Source of the DNA: Corallococcus exiguus
GTDB taxonomy: Bacteria; Myxococcota; Myxococcia; Myxococcales; Myxococcaceae
Length of the DNA stretch: 57,113 nucleotides
Reading direction: 5' to 3' (one strand)
Assembly: GCF_012985225.1 (NCBI RefSeq)
Contig: NZ_JABEKZ010000024.1
Positions 1 through 8,806 of this stretch are shown one piece after another; position 1 is the first letter of the stretch; each line of letters begins with the position of its first letter. The position numbers and the translations under genes are program-made. The notes below the pieces were generated by a model, which saw nothing but the letters and a program-made list of their open reading frames with translations, was not told the DNA's origin and did no database searches.

Positions 1-127
1 GGCCCTCCGAAGCCCCGGGCCCTTCCGAACGCCGTCTGGATCAACAACCCCGCGCAGCTCCCCAACTCTCAGGCGGCTGCGCACTAATCTCTTAGTTTCA
101 CTGTCTCATTCACGTTGACAGGTTCCG

Positions 128-1168
128 ATGCGGCTGAAGGCGATGCTGGACGCAGGCGAAGTCCAGGAGGTGCCGGACCATCCCATTCTGCGGATGCTCG
201 CGGACCCCAACGACTACCTGACGGGCCGCTCCGTCACGAAGCTGGTGCAGGTGTACCTGGACCTTGTCGGCGAGGCCTTCCTGGTGCTGGAGCGTGTGGC
301 GGGTTTCCCGGTGGGCTTCTGGCCGGTGCCGCCTAACCTCGTTACACGGCTACCGGCGCTGGACGTGCCGCGCGACCAGCGGACCTTCAGCGTCGCAGTG
401 GGCGGCGTGACGCGGGAGATTCCGGCTGCGGACGTCCTCCACCTGCGCAACCTGGACCCCGAGGATCCGCTCGGACGCGGCGTCGGCCCTGCCTTCGCGC
501 TGGGGGACGAGCTGGACACGGACGAGTTCGTGGCGCGATTTCTCCGCGCGAGCTTCTGGAACAACATGCTGCCGCCCGCTATCGCGTCCATCGAGGGGCT
601 GACGGACGCGAACAGCTCAGGGGCGAAAGCCTTCAAAGAATCACTGGCCCGCGAGCATCAGGGGCCGGACAAGGCGGGCAAGCTGCTGCTCACCAGCGGC
701 CGGGTGACGTTCGCCCGCCTCGACACGAGCTTCCGCGACATGCAGTTGGTGGAGCTGCGGAAGTTCCTCATGGGCTTCATTCGGATGACGTTCAGAGTGC
801 CACCCGAAATCGTGGGCGACATCTCAAGCTCGAACAAGGCGACGGCCTTCGCGGCACGGGAGAACCTCGCCGAGCAGGCGACATTCCCGCGCATGGAGTT
901 CCTCCGCACCGAGTACCAGATGCGGCTGATGCCACTGTTCGGCGAGGCGGAGGCCATCCTCGACTACGACAGCCCCGTGCCTGCGGACCGCGAGCACCAG
1001 CTGCGAGTCATGAGCACCATGCCGGAGGCCTTCAGCTACGACGAGTGGCGGGATCTGGCGGGATTTAAGCCGGACCCCCAACGACAGGGCTATCCTCTGC
1101 CAATGCCCGGGCAATCATCAAGAGAGGAAACGCCCGCTAGTAATGGTAGTCCATGGGAGTTGCGCTGA
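128..1168 (+). CDS. Phage portal protein, HK97 family
   Basis: 346 aa. The region ILRMLADPNDYL...LVQVYLDLVGEAFLVLER...GFPVGFWPVPPNLV...LHLRNLDPEDPLGRGVG fits the conserved core of HK97-type portals. An in-frame stop at 116-118 rules out an upstream extension. It sits directly ahead of the protease and capsid genes. Confidence 0.65.
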   Translation: MRLKAMLDAGEVQEVPDHPILRMLADPNDYLTGRSVTKLVQVYLDLVGEAFLVLERVAGFPVGFWPVPPNLVTRLPALDVPRDQRTFSVAVGGVTREIPAADVLHLRNLDPEDPLGRGVGPAFALGDELDTDEFVARFLRASFWNNMLPPAIASIEGLTDANSSGAKAFKESLAREHQGPDKAGKLLLTSGRVTFARLDTSFRDMQLVELRKFLMGFIRMTFRVPPEIVGDISSSNKATAFAARENLAEQATFPRMEFLRTEYQMRLMPLFGEAEAILDYDSPVPADREHQLRVMSTMPEAFSYDEWRDLAGFKPDPQRQGYPLPMPGQSSREETPASNGSPWELR

Positions 1169-1218
1169 TGGCGATTTGTTTGGATGGCCCATCCTGGCAA
1201 TGAGCTGTGGCGGCGGTG

Positions 1219-2487
1219 TTAGTCATTGTCAATGCCCATGAGTTTCTTTCGTCTTCCGACAGATGTTTTTCTCTCGAAATTCGCAACAAACGCAATAGAG
1301 CTTCCGGCGTCGTTCTTTTTTTGAGCCCACAGGTCGACAATCGTTTTGACAACCTGGGCTCCCTCCTTGGCGGCACCGACCAGTGAGCCAACAAGAAGCA
1401 GGTGCCACGGGTTTGCGTTTGGAATGACATTGCCCGTGAGAGTCGCAATGCCACCGCCCAGCGCGATATTTGTTGCGTGTGCGGCCAGTTGGCCAAACAG
1501 CTTCTGATATGTTGCCGTTAGCTGTCTGTCGTACTGGGCGAGGGATGGATTTAGTTTGCCGTGGATATATTTTGTCACCTCGAGTCTCGTCTGTTCGCTC
1601 CAGGGGTTGTCTTTTAGGAGGGATGCGAATCCGGTTATATCTTCGGAGACATATCTGTGTCGTGCCTCCTCCATTGCCGACCTGTACCGTATGATTTCAT
1701 CGGCGGCGCAAAGAGTGAGCGCGCCCTTGGCGAAGATCTCATTTGATACCGAGAAGGCGACCTCTCCGATTCTTGTCCTTAGCTCGACTTCAGCGAGAGC
1801 ACTCGGTTGGTACTGGTTTAGTATGTCCAAGCCCAGCTTGTATTGTTCGTATTTGTATTTGAGCGCCGCGCGATGATCGGGGCTGTGGAATATTGGAATA
1901 GATGAGAAATGGTCCGAAGCTATCAGGGTGCCGGTTATCGATTTTGAAACTTCCACTGCGGGCGGATCGGCAACCGTGTGTAGCATTATGTCCGCAGGTG
2001 GTTCCGTCTGCGTCCGGATCGTAATGGCCCCCGTGAGCTTCAGCAAATCGTAGTCGGCTGGCTTGGTTCTGCATATCTTGTTGAATTCCTTGTCCTTGAT
2101 GTCGCCCGAGATAATTGCGAATTTGGCGTTATTGATGTCTTCGGGTGTTCGAGGCTGTTGGGTTGACTTCAGAATACCGGCCTCTTTGAGGGCGTGGACG
2201 GTTTCTCTGAACTCTGAGTCCTTAAAGCCTGATAGCGGAAATGAGAGCGACTCTTCTGTGTCTCGAAAATAGTTGAACTTGGATGCGTTAACCCTCTCGC
2301 CGTTTGGGGTTTGAATTGTGTTGTTTTTGATAAATGAGTCTTTTATTGTGTTTAGTGTTGGCGGCGTGATGTAGATCTCGTCGAAGAGCAGGGCGAGCCG
2401 TTTAATCGTCTGCGTCAATTCTGGCGAGTTGCCCTCGCCTCTGTCGGTTATTGTCAGATTGGCTCTTAGTGGTGTAGTGCGTGGCAT
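1219..2487 (-). CDS. Hypothetical 422-aa protein. It is a low-GC, opposite-strand insertion (moron) between the portal and protease genes
   Basis: Long ORF on the minus strand in a clearly AT-richer stretch (~50% GC against ~68% around it). No recognisable motifs. The C-terminal part is hydrophobic (LLLVGSLVGAAKEGAQVV). Confidence 0.5.
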   Translation of the reverse strand: MPRTTPLRANLTITDRGEGNSPELTQTIKRLALLFDEIYITPPTLNTIKDSFIKNNTIQTPNGERVNASKFNYFRDTEESLSFPLSGFKDSEFRETVHALKEAGILKSTQQPRTPEDINNAKFAIISGDIKDKEFNKICRTKPADYDLLKLTGAITIRTQTEPPADIMLHTVADPPAVEVSKSITGTLIASDHFSSIPIFHSPDHRAALKYKYEQYKLGLDILNQYQPSALAEVELRTRIGEVAFSVSNEIFAKGALTLCAADEIIRYRSAMEEARHRYVSEDITGFASLLKDNPWSEQTRLEVTKYIHGKLNPSLAQYDRQLTATYQKLFGQLAAHATNIALGGGIATLTGNVIPNANPWHLLLVGSLVGAAKEGAQVVKTIVDLWAQKKNDAGSSIAFVANFERKTSVGRRKKLMGIDND

Positions 2488-2617
2488 GGTATGGCAGTAG
2501 TTGAGTGGAAGAGTGCGATGCTAGCAGGGGTCGACGGGCCATGTCTTCGAGGAGGAGGGGGCTGGCTGCTTTACGACAATACTCCGCGCTCGCAGAACGC
2601 CCCCATTGAAGAGGTGA

Positions 2618-3304
2618 ATGCGCAAGCCTCTTCAGCGAGCCCGCCGTCTTGTCGCCCAGAAGGACGCCCCTGTTCCGGCTAAGGGCCAGCCAAAGGTCTT
2701 CACCTTCCGGGCAAACGACGCAGACTTCGACCGCTACAACGATCGCCTGTCCGTCCAGGGTTGGCGGCTCGACGCCTACTCCGCCAACCCCGTCATCCTC
2801 TACATGCACGACGACGGCTCGGGCGGGCTGTTCGGCGCGGGCCGCACGGATGTGCTGCCCATCGGCAAGGGCCGCGCCTACGTCCAGGGCGACGCCCTTC
2901 TGGTGGACATTGAGTTCGACCAGGACGACGAATTTGCTCGGCGCGTCGAGTCCAAGGTGGAGAAGGGCATCCTCAACGCGGTGAGCGTGCGTTACCGCAT
3001 GCTGCGCTACCACGAGAACGAGCGCGGTGGTTACGACTGCGACGAGCAGGAGCTTCTCGAAATTTCCGTCGTCACGATTCCCGGCAACCAGCGCGCGGTG
3101 CGGCTGAAGAAGCACGCCGACGAACGCGCCGCCCTCATTCGCGACATCGCGGACGCGGTGGTGAAGGCGCTTGGCCGCAAGGCGCGGAAGAAGGGCAAGG
3201 CTGCGCCGCCCGCCGCACCTCCCTCCCTTTCCGAGTCCGACACCCATGCCCTTGCCGCTCACACGGCCCGGGCCCTGTTGCAGCACCTCCAGGAGAAGGC
3301 ATGA
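2618..3304 (+). CDS. Prohead (maturation) protease, HK97 family, S78/U35-like
   Basis: FTFRANDADFDRYNDRLSVQGWRLDAYSANPVILYMHDD...ISVVTIPGNQRAV matches the HK97 prohead protease pattern. Its stop overlaps the capsid ATG (ATGA at 3301). The exact start is uncertain. Confidence 0.65.
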   Translation: MRKPLQRARRLVAQKDAPVPAKGQPKVFTFRANDADFDRYNDRLSVQGWRLDAYSANPVILYMHDDGSGGLFGAGRTDVLPIGKGRAYVQGDALLVDIEFDQDDEFARRVESKVEKGILNAVSVRYRMLRYHENERGGYDCDEQELLEISVVTIPGNQRAVRLKKHADERAALIRDIADAVVKALGRKARKKGKAAPPAAPPSLSESDTHALAAHTARALLQHLQEKA

Positions 3305-4524
3305 CCCCCGAGCAGATGCAGGAGATGGCGAAGTCGCTGGGCCCGCTGGTGGCCGCGCAGTTGGTGGAGCAGTCCAAGGGGCACCGCGACAGCTACGCGG
3401 CCCTGTTGGGCTCCAAGGTGCCCGACGCCGTGCCCGAGGAGCCCCGCCGCTCGCCGATTACTGGCAAGCACATGACGGAAGGCACGGGCCTTAACCTCAT
3501 CCGTTTCGTGAAGGCGAAGGCTGTCGCGCGCATGGAAGGGCGCAACGTGGTGGATGTGCTGAAGAGCTGGGGCGACGAGGTGGTGAGCAAGGCCCTTTCT
3601 CAGGGCAACTACTCGGGCCTGGGCTCGCTGGTGCATCCCCAGTTTGCCTCTGAGTTCATCGAACTGCTGCGCAACAAGGCCGTGGTGCGGCAGGCCGGCG
3701 CCCGCGTCATCCCCATCGGCGCCTCGCTCACCTTCGACCGGCAGTCCAGCACGGGCACGGCCTTCTACGGCGGAGAGACGAGCACCATCCAGGAGTCGGA
3801 GCCGGGCACGGACACGGTGTCCCTGTCCGAGAAGAAGCTCACGGCGCTGACGGCGGTGCCAAACGACCTCATCCGCAATGCGTCCGTCAACGCCGAGGAG
3901 TTCATCCGCAACGACCTGCTGAACGTCATGGCGCTGCGGGAGGGCATGGCCTTCCTGCGGGGCAGCGGGACGCAGCTGGAGCCGCGCGGCATCCGCAACC
4001 AGGTGGACGCGGCCCACGTCTACGCGGAGACGGTGGCCACGGCGGGCGCGCCCACGCTGGGCGAAATGAAGAAGGAGCTGAACAAGGCGAAGAAGAAGCT
4101 GAAAAAGGCCAACGTGCCCATGGTGCAGCCGGTGTGGCTGATGTCCCCCAACGCGGAGACGGCCATTCTCGATGCTCCGGGGCCTGGCGGAGAGGGGACC
4201 AACGCCCTGGAGCGGGAGATGGTGGAGCGCGGCACGCTGCGCAACGTGCCCTTCTTCGTCACGAACCAAATTCCGGAGACGCTCGGCTCGGGCAAGAACT
4301 GCTCGGAGCTCTACCTCGTGGACATGGCCGAGGTGCTTATCGGCGAGTCCATGGCGCTGGAAATCGACGTCTTCCCTAACGGCGCCTTCACGCGTGGCGG
4401 CCAGGTGGTGTCCGGCATCTCCACGGACCAGACGGTGCTGCGCGCCATCACCAAGCATGACCTGGCCATGCGCCACCGGCAGTCCGGCGTCGTGGTGAAG
4501 GACCTGAGCTGGGGCAGCAACTGA
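3301..4524 (+). CDS. Major capsid protein, HK97 fold
   Basis: 407 aa. It follows the protease directly, and its size and sequence pattern fit HK97-family major capsid proteins. Confidence 0.8.
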   Translation: MTPEQMQEMAKSLGPLVAAQLVEQSKGHRDSYAALLGSKVPDAVPEEPRRSPITGKHMTEGTGLNLIRFVKAKAVARMEGRNVVDVLKSWGDEVVSKALSQGNYSGLGSLVHPQFASEFIELLRNKAVVRQAGARVIPIGASLTFDRQSSTGTAFYGGETSTIQESEPGTDTVSLSEKKLTALTAVPNDLIRNASVNAEEFIRNDLLNVMALREGMAFLRGSGTQLEPRGIRNQVDAAHVYAETVATAGAPTLGEMKKELNKAKKKLKKANVPMVQPVWLMSPNAETAILDAPGPGGEGTNALEREMVERGTLRNVPFFVTNQIPETLGSGKNCSELYLVDMAEVLIGESMALEIDVFPNGAFTRGGQVVSGISTDQTVLRAITKHDLAMRHRQSGVVVKDLSWGSN

Positions 4525-4552
4525 CCGGGGCGACGCCCCACGAAAGGACATC

Positions 4553-4987
4553 ATGAGCGCACCGCACATCAGTCAGATCGGCGCCTTCGTTGCAGCTCGC
4601 TTGAGCACGTCGCCCGCCGCGACGCCCGCAGGAACTCGCCAGGGGCAGGGCTATGACCGGCTCATCCTGGGCGAGAGCTGCGTCCTCGTCGCGGCCACGG
4701 GCTCGGTGACGGGCGGCCCCACCGCGCAGGGCTACGAGGTGAAGCTCCAGCACTCCAGCGACAATGGAGTGGATGACGCCTGGACGGACTTCGTGCCGGC
4801 CGGGCCGGGTTCGGCCTCCGTGCAGCTGACGGCGGCGAACGCCTTCATCGAGAAGGACGTGGACCTCGGCGCGGCGAAGCGGTTCGTTCGCGTGGCGGAG
4901 TCCACGACCTTGGCGGGCGGGACTTCGCCCAGCCTTCAGGCGTGCGCCTTCGTCGTCTTCGGTGGCGCCATGACGCTGCCGGTGTGA
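4553..4987 (+). CDS. Hypothetical phage head-associated protein
   Basis: 144-aa ORF with host-like codon usage in the position normally held by decoration or head-completion genes. Confidence 0.4.
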   Translation: MSAPHISQIGAFVAARLSTSPAATPAGTRQGQGYDRLILGESCVLVAATGSVTGGPTAQGYEVKLQHSSDNGVDDAWTDFVPAGPGSASVQLTAANAFIEKDVDLGAAKRFVRVAESTTLAGGTSPSLQACAFVVFGGAMTLPV

Positions 4988-4991
4988 CGCC

Positions 4992-5651
4992 ATGGCGCAT
5001 CCTGCTGACCTGTGCCTGGCTGCGACCGTGGCGGATGACCTGGGCGTGGCGGTGACGCCGCGCCTGGAGTCCCTCGTCACGGCGGCGAGCCGGGCCGTTG
5101 CTGGCTACTGCGGCCGGGTCTTCGAGTACGGCCAGGGCCTCGTGGAGTACCCGGCGGGCTACGGGCGCCCATTGCTGCTGCTGGAGCGCCCGCCCGTTGT
5201 GCTGGTGGTAAGCGTCTGGGAGGGTGGTGCCTTCGTGCCGGCCGAGGAGTACGAGAGCCACGGGAAGCTGGCGGATGCCGGCATGCTGTACCGCAGGCGC
5301 GGTGTGTGGCCGGAGACGGCACGCTCGGGCGGCCTGGTGGTGGAGGCGGTAGACAGCTTCCAGGGCAGCGAGGACAGCATCCGCGTCGTCTACGATGGCG
5401 GCTTCGTGACGCCGGGGCAGCGAGCCCTGGGCGCGTCGCGCGTGGTGACGCTGCCGGAAGACGTGCAGGAGGCCACCGTCCACACGGCGGTGCAGCTGTA
5501 TCGCTCGCGCGGCGTGGACGCCATGGTGGCCAGCGAGTCCATCGGGGATTGGTCCGTGAGCTACTTCGCCGCGAAGACCGAGGGAAAGAGCCCCATCCTT
5601 GACGTCGCGCAGGCGTTGCTCGCGCCCTTCGTCATTCATCGGGTGAGCTGA
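4992..5651 (+). CDS. Head-tail connector protein, gp6-like, with an extra C-terminal region
   Basis: The N-terminal stretch DLCLAATVADDLGV...LVTAASRAVAGYCGRVF fits the gp6-like connector pattern. At 219 aa it is about twice the usual size. Confidence 0.5.
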   Translation: MAHPADLCLAATVADDLGVAVTPRLESLVTAASRAVAGYCGRVFEYGQGLVEYPAGYGRPLLLLERPPVVLVVSVWEGGAFVPAEEYESHGKLADAGMLYRRRGVWPETARSGGLVVEAVDSFQGSEDSIRVVYDGGFVTPGQRALGASRVVTLPEDVQEATVHTAVQLYRSRGVDAMVASESIGDWSVSYFAAKTEGKSPILDVAQALLAPFVIHRVS

Positions 5652-5974
5652 TGGCCTCGCCTTCGGACACCTTCCGTCAGTCGATCACGTATGCCGTGTT
5701 GACGGGACGGGACGCCTACGGCAAGCCGGCGCTCGGGCCCCAGGCGACGGCGCGGGCTCGTGTGCAGCCGTCCCGACGTCTCATCCGTGATGCCAACGGC
5801 AACGAGCATCTGGCGGCGCACGTTGTCTACACGGACGCGGTTCTCACGTTGCAGCATCGCGTGTGGCTGCCGGGGGAGGACGTGGCGGACTTCAACCGCG
5901 CGCGGCGCCCCGTAGCTGTGGACGAGAGCGTGGACGGCTCAGGCACCGTGCGCTTTCGGAAGGTGTGGTTCTGA
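5651..5974 (+). CDS. Head closure / head-tail adaptor protein
   Basis: 107 aa. Its position and the pattern ...DAYGKP...ARVQP...VYTDAVLTLQHRVWL are consistent with SPP1 gp16-like head closure proteins. Its start overlaps the previous stop. Confidence 0.5.
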   Translation: MASPSDTFRQSITYAVLTGRDAYGKPALGPQATARARVQPSRRLIRDANGNEHLAAHVVYTDAVLTLQHRVWLPGEDVADFNRARRPVAVDESVDGSGTVRFRKVWF

Positions 5975-6402
5975 TGCGGGACATCGCTTCGGAACTAGCA
6001 ATGCTGCTAGAGGGAGCCGAGCTGGGCCTCGTGCGTCCTCCAGGTCCGGGCGCCAACCTCTTCACTTCACCAATGCCTGAGGAGGAGGGCGACGTGCCGG
6101 ACCGGGCCGTGGCTTTGGTGGTGTCTGGGGGCGCTAGGCCACAGCCCTACCTGGGGCTACGGCGTGCCGCATACTTTGTGACGAGTTGTCAGGTTCGCGT
6201 CCGCTCCGCGCGAGAGGATTTCGGTGGTGGGCAACTGCTCGCCAATGCTGTCTTCGCCGTCCTTGAGCAAGCGTGCGTAACGCCCGGTGTTAGTCGGTCC
6301 GAAGAGGGTGCTCCTGTCTATTTTGGGTCCGACGGATCGGATAGATATATTTGGAGTATGAATTTTACTGTTGGGAACAGATGGATGCCAGGAGTCCGCT
6401 AG
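5974..6402 (+). CDS. Putative neck / tail-completion protein
   Basis: ATG at 5974 overlaps the upstream TGA. The stretch LFTSPMPEE..DVPDRAVALVVSGG resembles minor neck proteins of siphoviruses. Confidence 0.4.
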   Translation: MRDIASELAMLLEGAELGLVRPPGPGANLFTSPMPEEEGDVPDRAVALVVSGGARPQPYLGLRRAAYFVTSCQVRVRSAREDFGGGQLLANAVFAVLEQACVTPGVSRSEEGAPVYFGSDGSDRYIWSMNFTVGNRWMPGVR

Positions 6403-6532
6403 TGTCATGAGAAGGGCTCCTGGCGCTTTGCGACAATCGCCACAAATGGTGCCCATGCGGCAGGATGAGTTTGTCGCAATGGGTTGCGGCTATTTCTTGT
6501 GCTTTGTGAGGCCTAGAGAGGGTCTTGGTTTT

Positions 6533-7330
6533 TTATTTCGGAGGATTCTCGTTGGGGCCGCCGATGCTGTCCGGAAGTAGAGTCCGTGCAACTTCAAAGC
6601 CTCCCTTTAGCACTTTGCGGTTGACGGGGTTCGATGCCCAACGGGCAAATCTGACGAAAATTGCAGCCACCACGCCCTTTGCTTTTAGTGAGTCGACCTG
6701 GGCTTTCAATGCAGAGAATTCACGGGTGAGCTTGTCGATTTGGTCCTTGGCTTCAGATTTATCTTTGGTCGATGTGGCAATGTTTTCTTTGAGGGATGTT
6801 TCGACTGCATCAAGCCTAGACTTCAGTGCGTCCGCTTGTTCTATGGAGAGGTAGTCGTCGGTGATGTTGGCATAAGATTCGAGTATGTTCTGGAGTTCTT
6901 GCTCTTGCTTTCGGGCAGCGCGTGCAGCCGGTGCCGCGCGCAGCTCGCCCTCTAGGTGATTCAGCCAGCTTGAAATGGCGGAGAGTAATCCATCTTTATT
7001 TGCGACAGACATGCTTTCCGAGATGTTGATTTCGCCTGGAGACATGTCAAGATCGATGCGGAAAAAGGAGCCATCGTTGTTGCTGATTTTTTTGTTTGGT
7101 ATGTTTGCGGTGAGTCGAAATTTGCTTTCGTGGGCGTATTCGATTGTTAGTTTGCTGTCTCCGAATACGGACTGTTCGAAAGTTGTCTTGAAGTCGCCAC
7201 GGTCGAAATAGGAGCCACGGGAAAGGACCTCTGAAATCTCGTTGATTAGCTGGTGGCGCATGGGGGGTGTACGGGCAGGTTCGTTGTGGCGCTGTCGGAA
7301 CAGCATGATCTCCGAAGTTGTTGCCCCCAT
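6533..7330 (-). CDS. Hypothetical 265-aa coiled-coil protein. It is a second low-GC, opposite-strand moron
   Basis: Minus-strand ORF in an AT-richer island (~6400-7330). The central part is heptad-like (ELQNILESY...LKSRLDAVETSLKEN...IDKLTREFSALKAQVDSLKAKG). The start is uncertain, with alternatives at 7306 and 7261. Confidence 0.45.
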   Translation of the reverse strand: MGATTSEIMLFRQRHNEPARTPPMRHQLINEISEVLSRGSYFDRGDFKTTFEQSVFGDSKLTIEYAHESKFRLTANIPNKKISNNDGSFFRIDLDMSPGEINISESMSVANKDGLLSAISSWLNHLEGELRAAPAARAARKQEQELQNILESYANITDDYLSIEQADALKSRLDAVETSLKENIATSTKDKSEAKDQIDKLTREFSALKAQVDSLKAKGVVAAIFVRFARWASNPVNRKVLKGGFEVARTLLPDSIGGPNENPPK

Positions 7331-7341
7331 TTAAGTGGGGG

Positions 7342-7743
7342 ATGCCTGTTCGAGTCAAAGCCGATACGGTGAAGCTGGAGCGCCTGCGCCGCTCTCCCGT
7401 CGAGGTGCTGCGCGAGCTAGACGGCCCATGCCGGGACATCGCCCGCCTTGCCCTGGACTACTCCCTCTTCCTCGTTCCGGTGGGAGAGGGCCATCTGCGC
7501 GATAGCGCCTTCCTGAGTGGCCCGCTTCACAACCTGAGCCAGCGCCTCTCCACGACGTGGACGGCGGGCTACGTGCACCCGTCCGCAGGCCCCATTCACG
7601 AGGGCTGGCACTGGGGCGCGCAGCTCTTCAACCCGCCACCGCACTTCCTTCGCAAGTCGTTCCGCCGTGCCCGTGGCAGCGCTCGCCGCCGCGTGGCCGC
7701 CGTCCTGAAGGACTTCCTCGCGCAGCGCTTCCCATCCCAATGA
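7342..7743 (+). CDS. HK97 gp10-like tail/head-tail component
   Basis: VPVGEGHLRDSAF matches the gp10-family vPvdTG.LrrS motif. ATG at 7342 is in frame with the track ORF 7318. Confidence 0.5.
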   Translation: MPVRVKADTVKLERLRRSPVEVLRELDGPCRDIARLALDYSLFLVPVGEGHLRDSAFLSGPLHNLSQRLSTTWTAGYVHPSAGPIHEGWHWGAQLFNPPPHFLRKSFRRARGSARRRVAAVLKDFLAQRFPSQ

Positions 7744-7757
7744 CAGGAGCCGCCATC

Positions 7758-8183
7758 ATGCCGGAACCCCGAGAGGCCTTCTTCGACAAGCTCTACATCC
7801 GAGCGACGGACACCGCGCCCGTCGAGGCGGACGCGCTGGATGGCGTGCTGGAGGCGCCCGTCAACCGGGCCAAGGACACGGTGGATGCCAATTACTTCGG
7901 CGGAGACGGGTACAAGCGCACGAAGGGCACCTGGAAGTCCTTCTCCATTCCGCTGTCCGGCCACGTCTTCAAGGGCAGCGCGCCCCAGCAGGTGCTGCGT
8001 GACGCCTTCGAGAGCGACGCCACGGTGTTCTTCACCATCGTGGAGGACGAGACGGCCCCCATGGGCACGCAGGGCTACCGCTATCCGGTGAAGGTGACGT
8101 CCTACGAGGAGGGGCGCAGCTCCACGGACGTCGTCACCTTCTCCGCCACCCTCGCCGGCCAGGGCGCGCCCGTCGCGGTGTAG
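7758..8183 (+). CDS. Major tail (tube) protein
   Basis: 141 aa. A good SD (AGGAG) lies 8 nt upstream of the ATG at 7758. It sits between the gp10-like gene and the chaperone pair. A longer version starting at ATG 7740 is possible. Confidence 0.5.
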   Translation: MPEPREAFFDKLYIRATDTAPVEADALDGVLEAPVNRAKDTVDANYFGGDGYKRTKGTWKSFSIPLSGHVFKGSAPQQVLRDAFESDATVFFTIVEDETAPMGTQGYRYPVKVTSYEEGRSSTDVVTFSATLAGQGAPVAV

Positions 8184-8219
8184 CCGACTGCTTTCCCACT
8201 CCCCACCCGAGGCCTCACC

Positions 8220-8603
8220 ATGACCGCACCCACCACGCTCCGAAAGCCCCTCGGCACCCGCCGCAAGCTGCACAAGCGCGTCACTCTGGACGGCGCCGAC
8301 TACGACATCTGCCAACCGCCTCTTGGCGAGAAGCTTGAACTGCTCGCCGCCGCGAAGGCCGCCAAGGAACTGGGGCCGGACAGAAAGCCCGTCGATGAGT
8401 TCGCGGGAATGGCGATGATCGCCCGCATCGCCGTCCTCTGCCTCTACCACCCAGACACGGCCATCCGCGTCTTCGATGAGTCGGAGGTCGGCCAGGTGAA
8501 GCTCGAGCCCTGGCTGGAAGAGATTCAGGACGAACTCGCCCGGGCCTTCGCGGGACCGACGCTGGAGGAGGCGAAGGGAAACTCCGTAACCACCCCGAGC
8601 TGA
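8220..8603 (+). CDS. Tail assembly chaperone, gpG-like
   Basis: 127-aa ORF directly upstream of the tape measure. It ends just after a GGGAAAC heptamer. Confidence 0.6.
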   Translation: MTAPTTLRKPLGTRRKLHKRVTLDGADYDICQPPLGEKLELLAAAKAAKELGPDRKPVDEFAGMAMIARIAVLCLYHPDTAIRVFDESEVGQVKLEPWLEEIQDELARAFAGPTLEEAKGNSVTTPS

Positions 8604-8803
8604 GGGCGCTGCACGCGGTGGTGAAGCTGACGGGCCAGTCGCCCGAGGAAGTGCGCGGCTGGGCCTGGGAGGACGTCGTTTACCTCCTGGCCCACTGCGC
8701 CCTGGAGGCCGAGGAGGTGCGCAGCACGCGTGCCCCCGGCCCCGCCTCCCATGCCGGCCCGATGACGACGACAACGGTTTTCAGAAAGCGTCCCAAGAGG
8801 TGA
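8220..8803 (+). CDS. Predicted tail assembly chaperone G-T fusion, made by a programmed -1 ribosomal frameshift at 8576-8582
   Basis: The heptamer G GGA AAC sits in the 0 frame of the G ORF, 7 codons before its stop. A -1 slip continues in the frame of ORF 8618..8803, giving ...EEAKGKLRNHPELRALHAVVKLTGQ...RKRPKR, which ends 4 nt before the tape-measure ATG. Confidence 0.5.
8576..8582 (+). promoter_or_regulatory. Slippery heptamer GGGAAAC, a -1 programmed frameshift site
   Basis: It has the X XXY YYZ form and is phased to the gpG reading frame, in the conserved G/GT position ahead of the tape measure gene. Confidence 0.5.
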
Positions 8804-8806
8804 GGC

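Noticed and set aside
1-87. Open frame at the window start that might be the 3' end of a terminase gene
   Set aside because: Only 28 codons are visible, and they carry no recognisable motif. Mentioned as a possibility only.
3259-4569. 436-aa minus-strand ORF opposite the major capsid gene
   Set aside because: It is antisense to an HK97-fold capsid gene with very good sequence support, and its composition is artefact-like.
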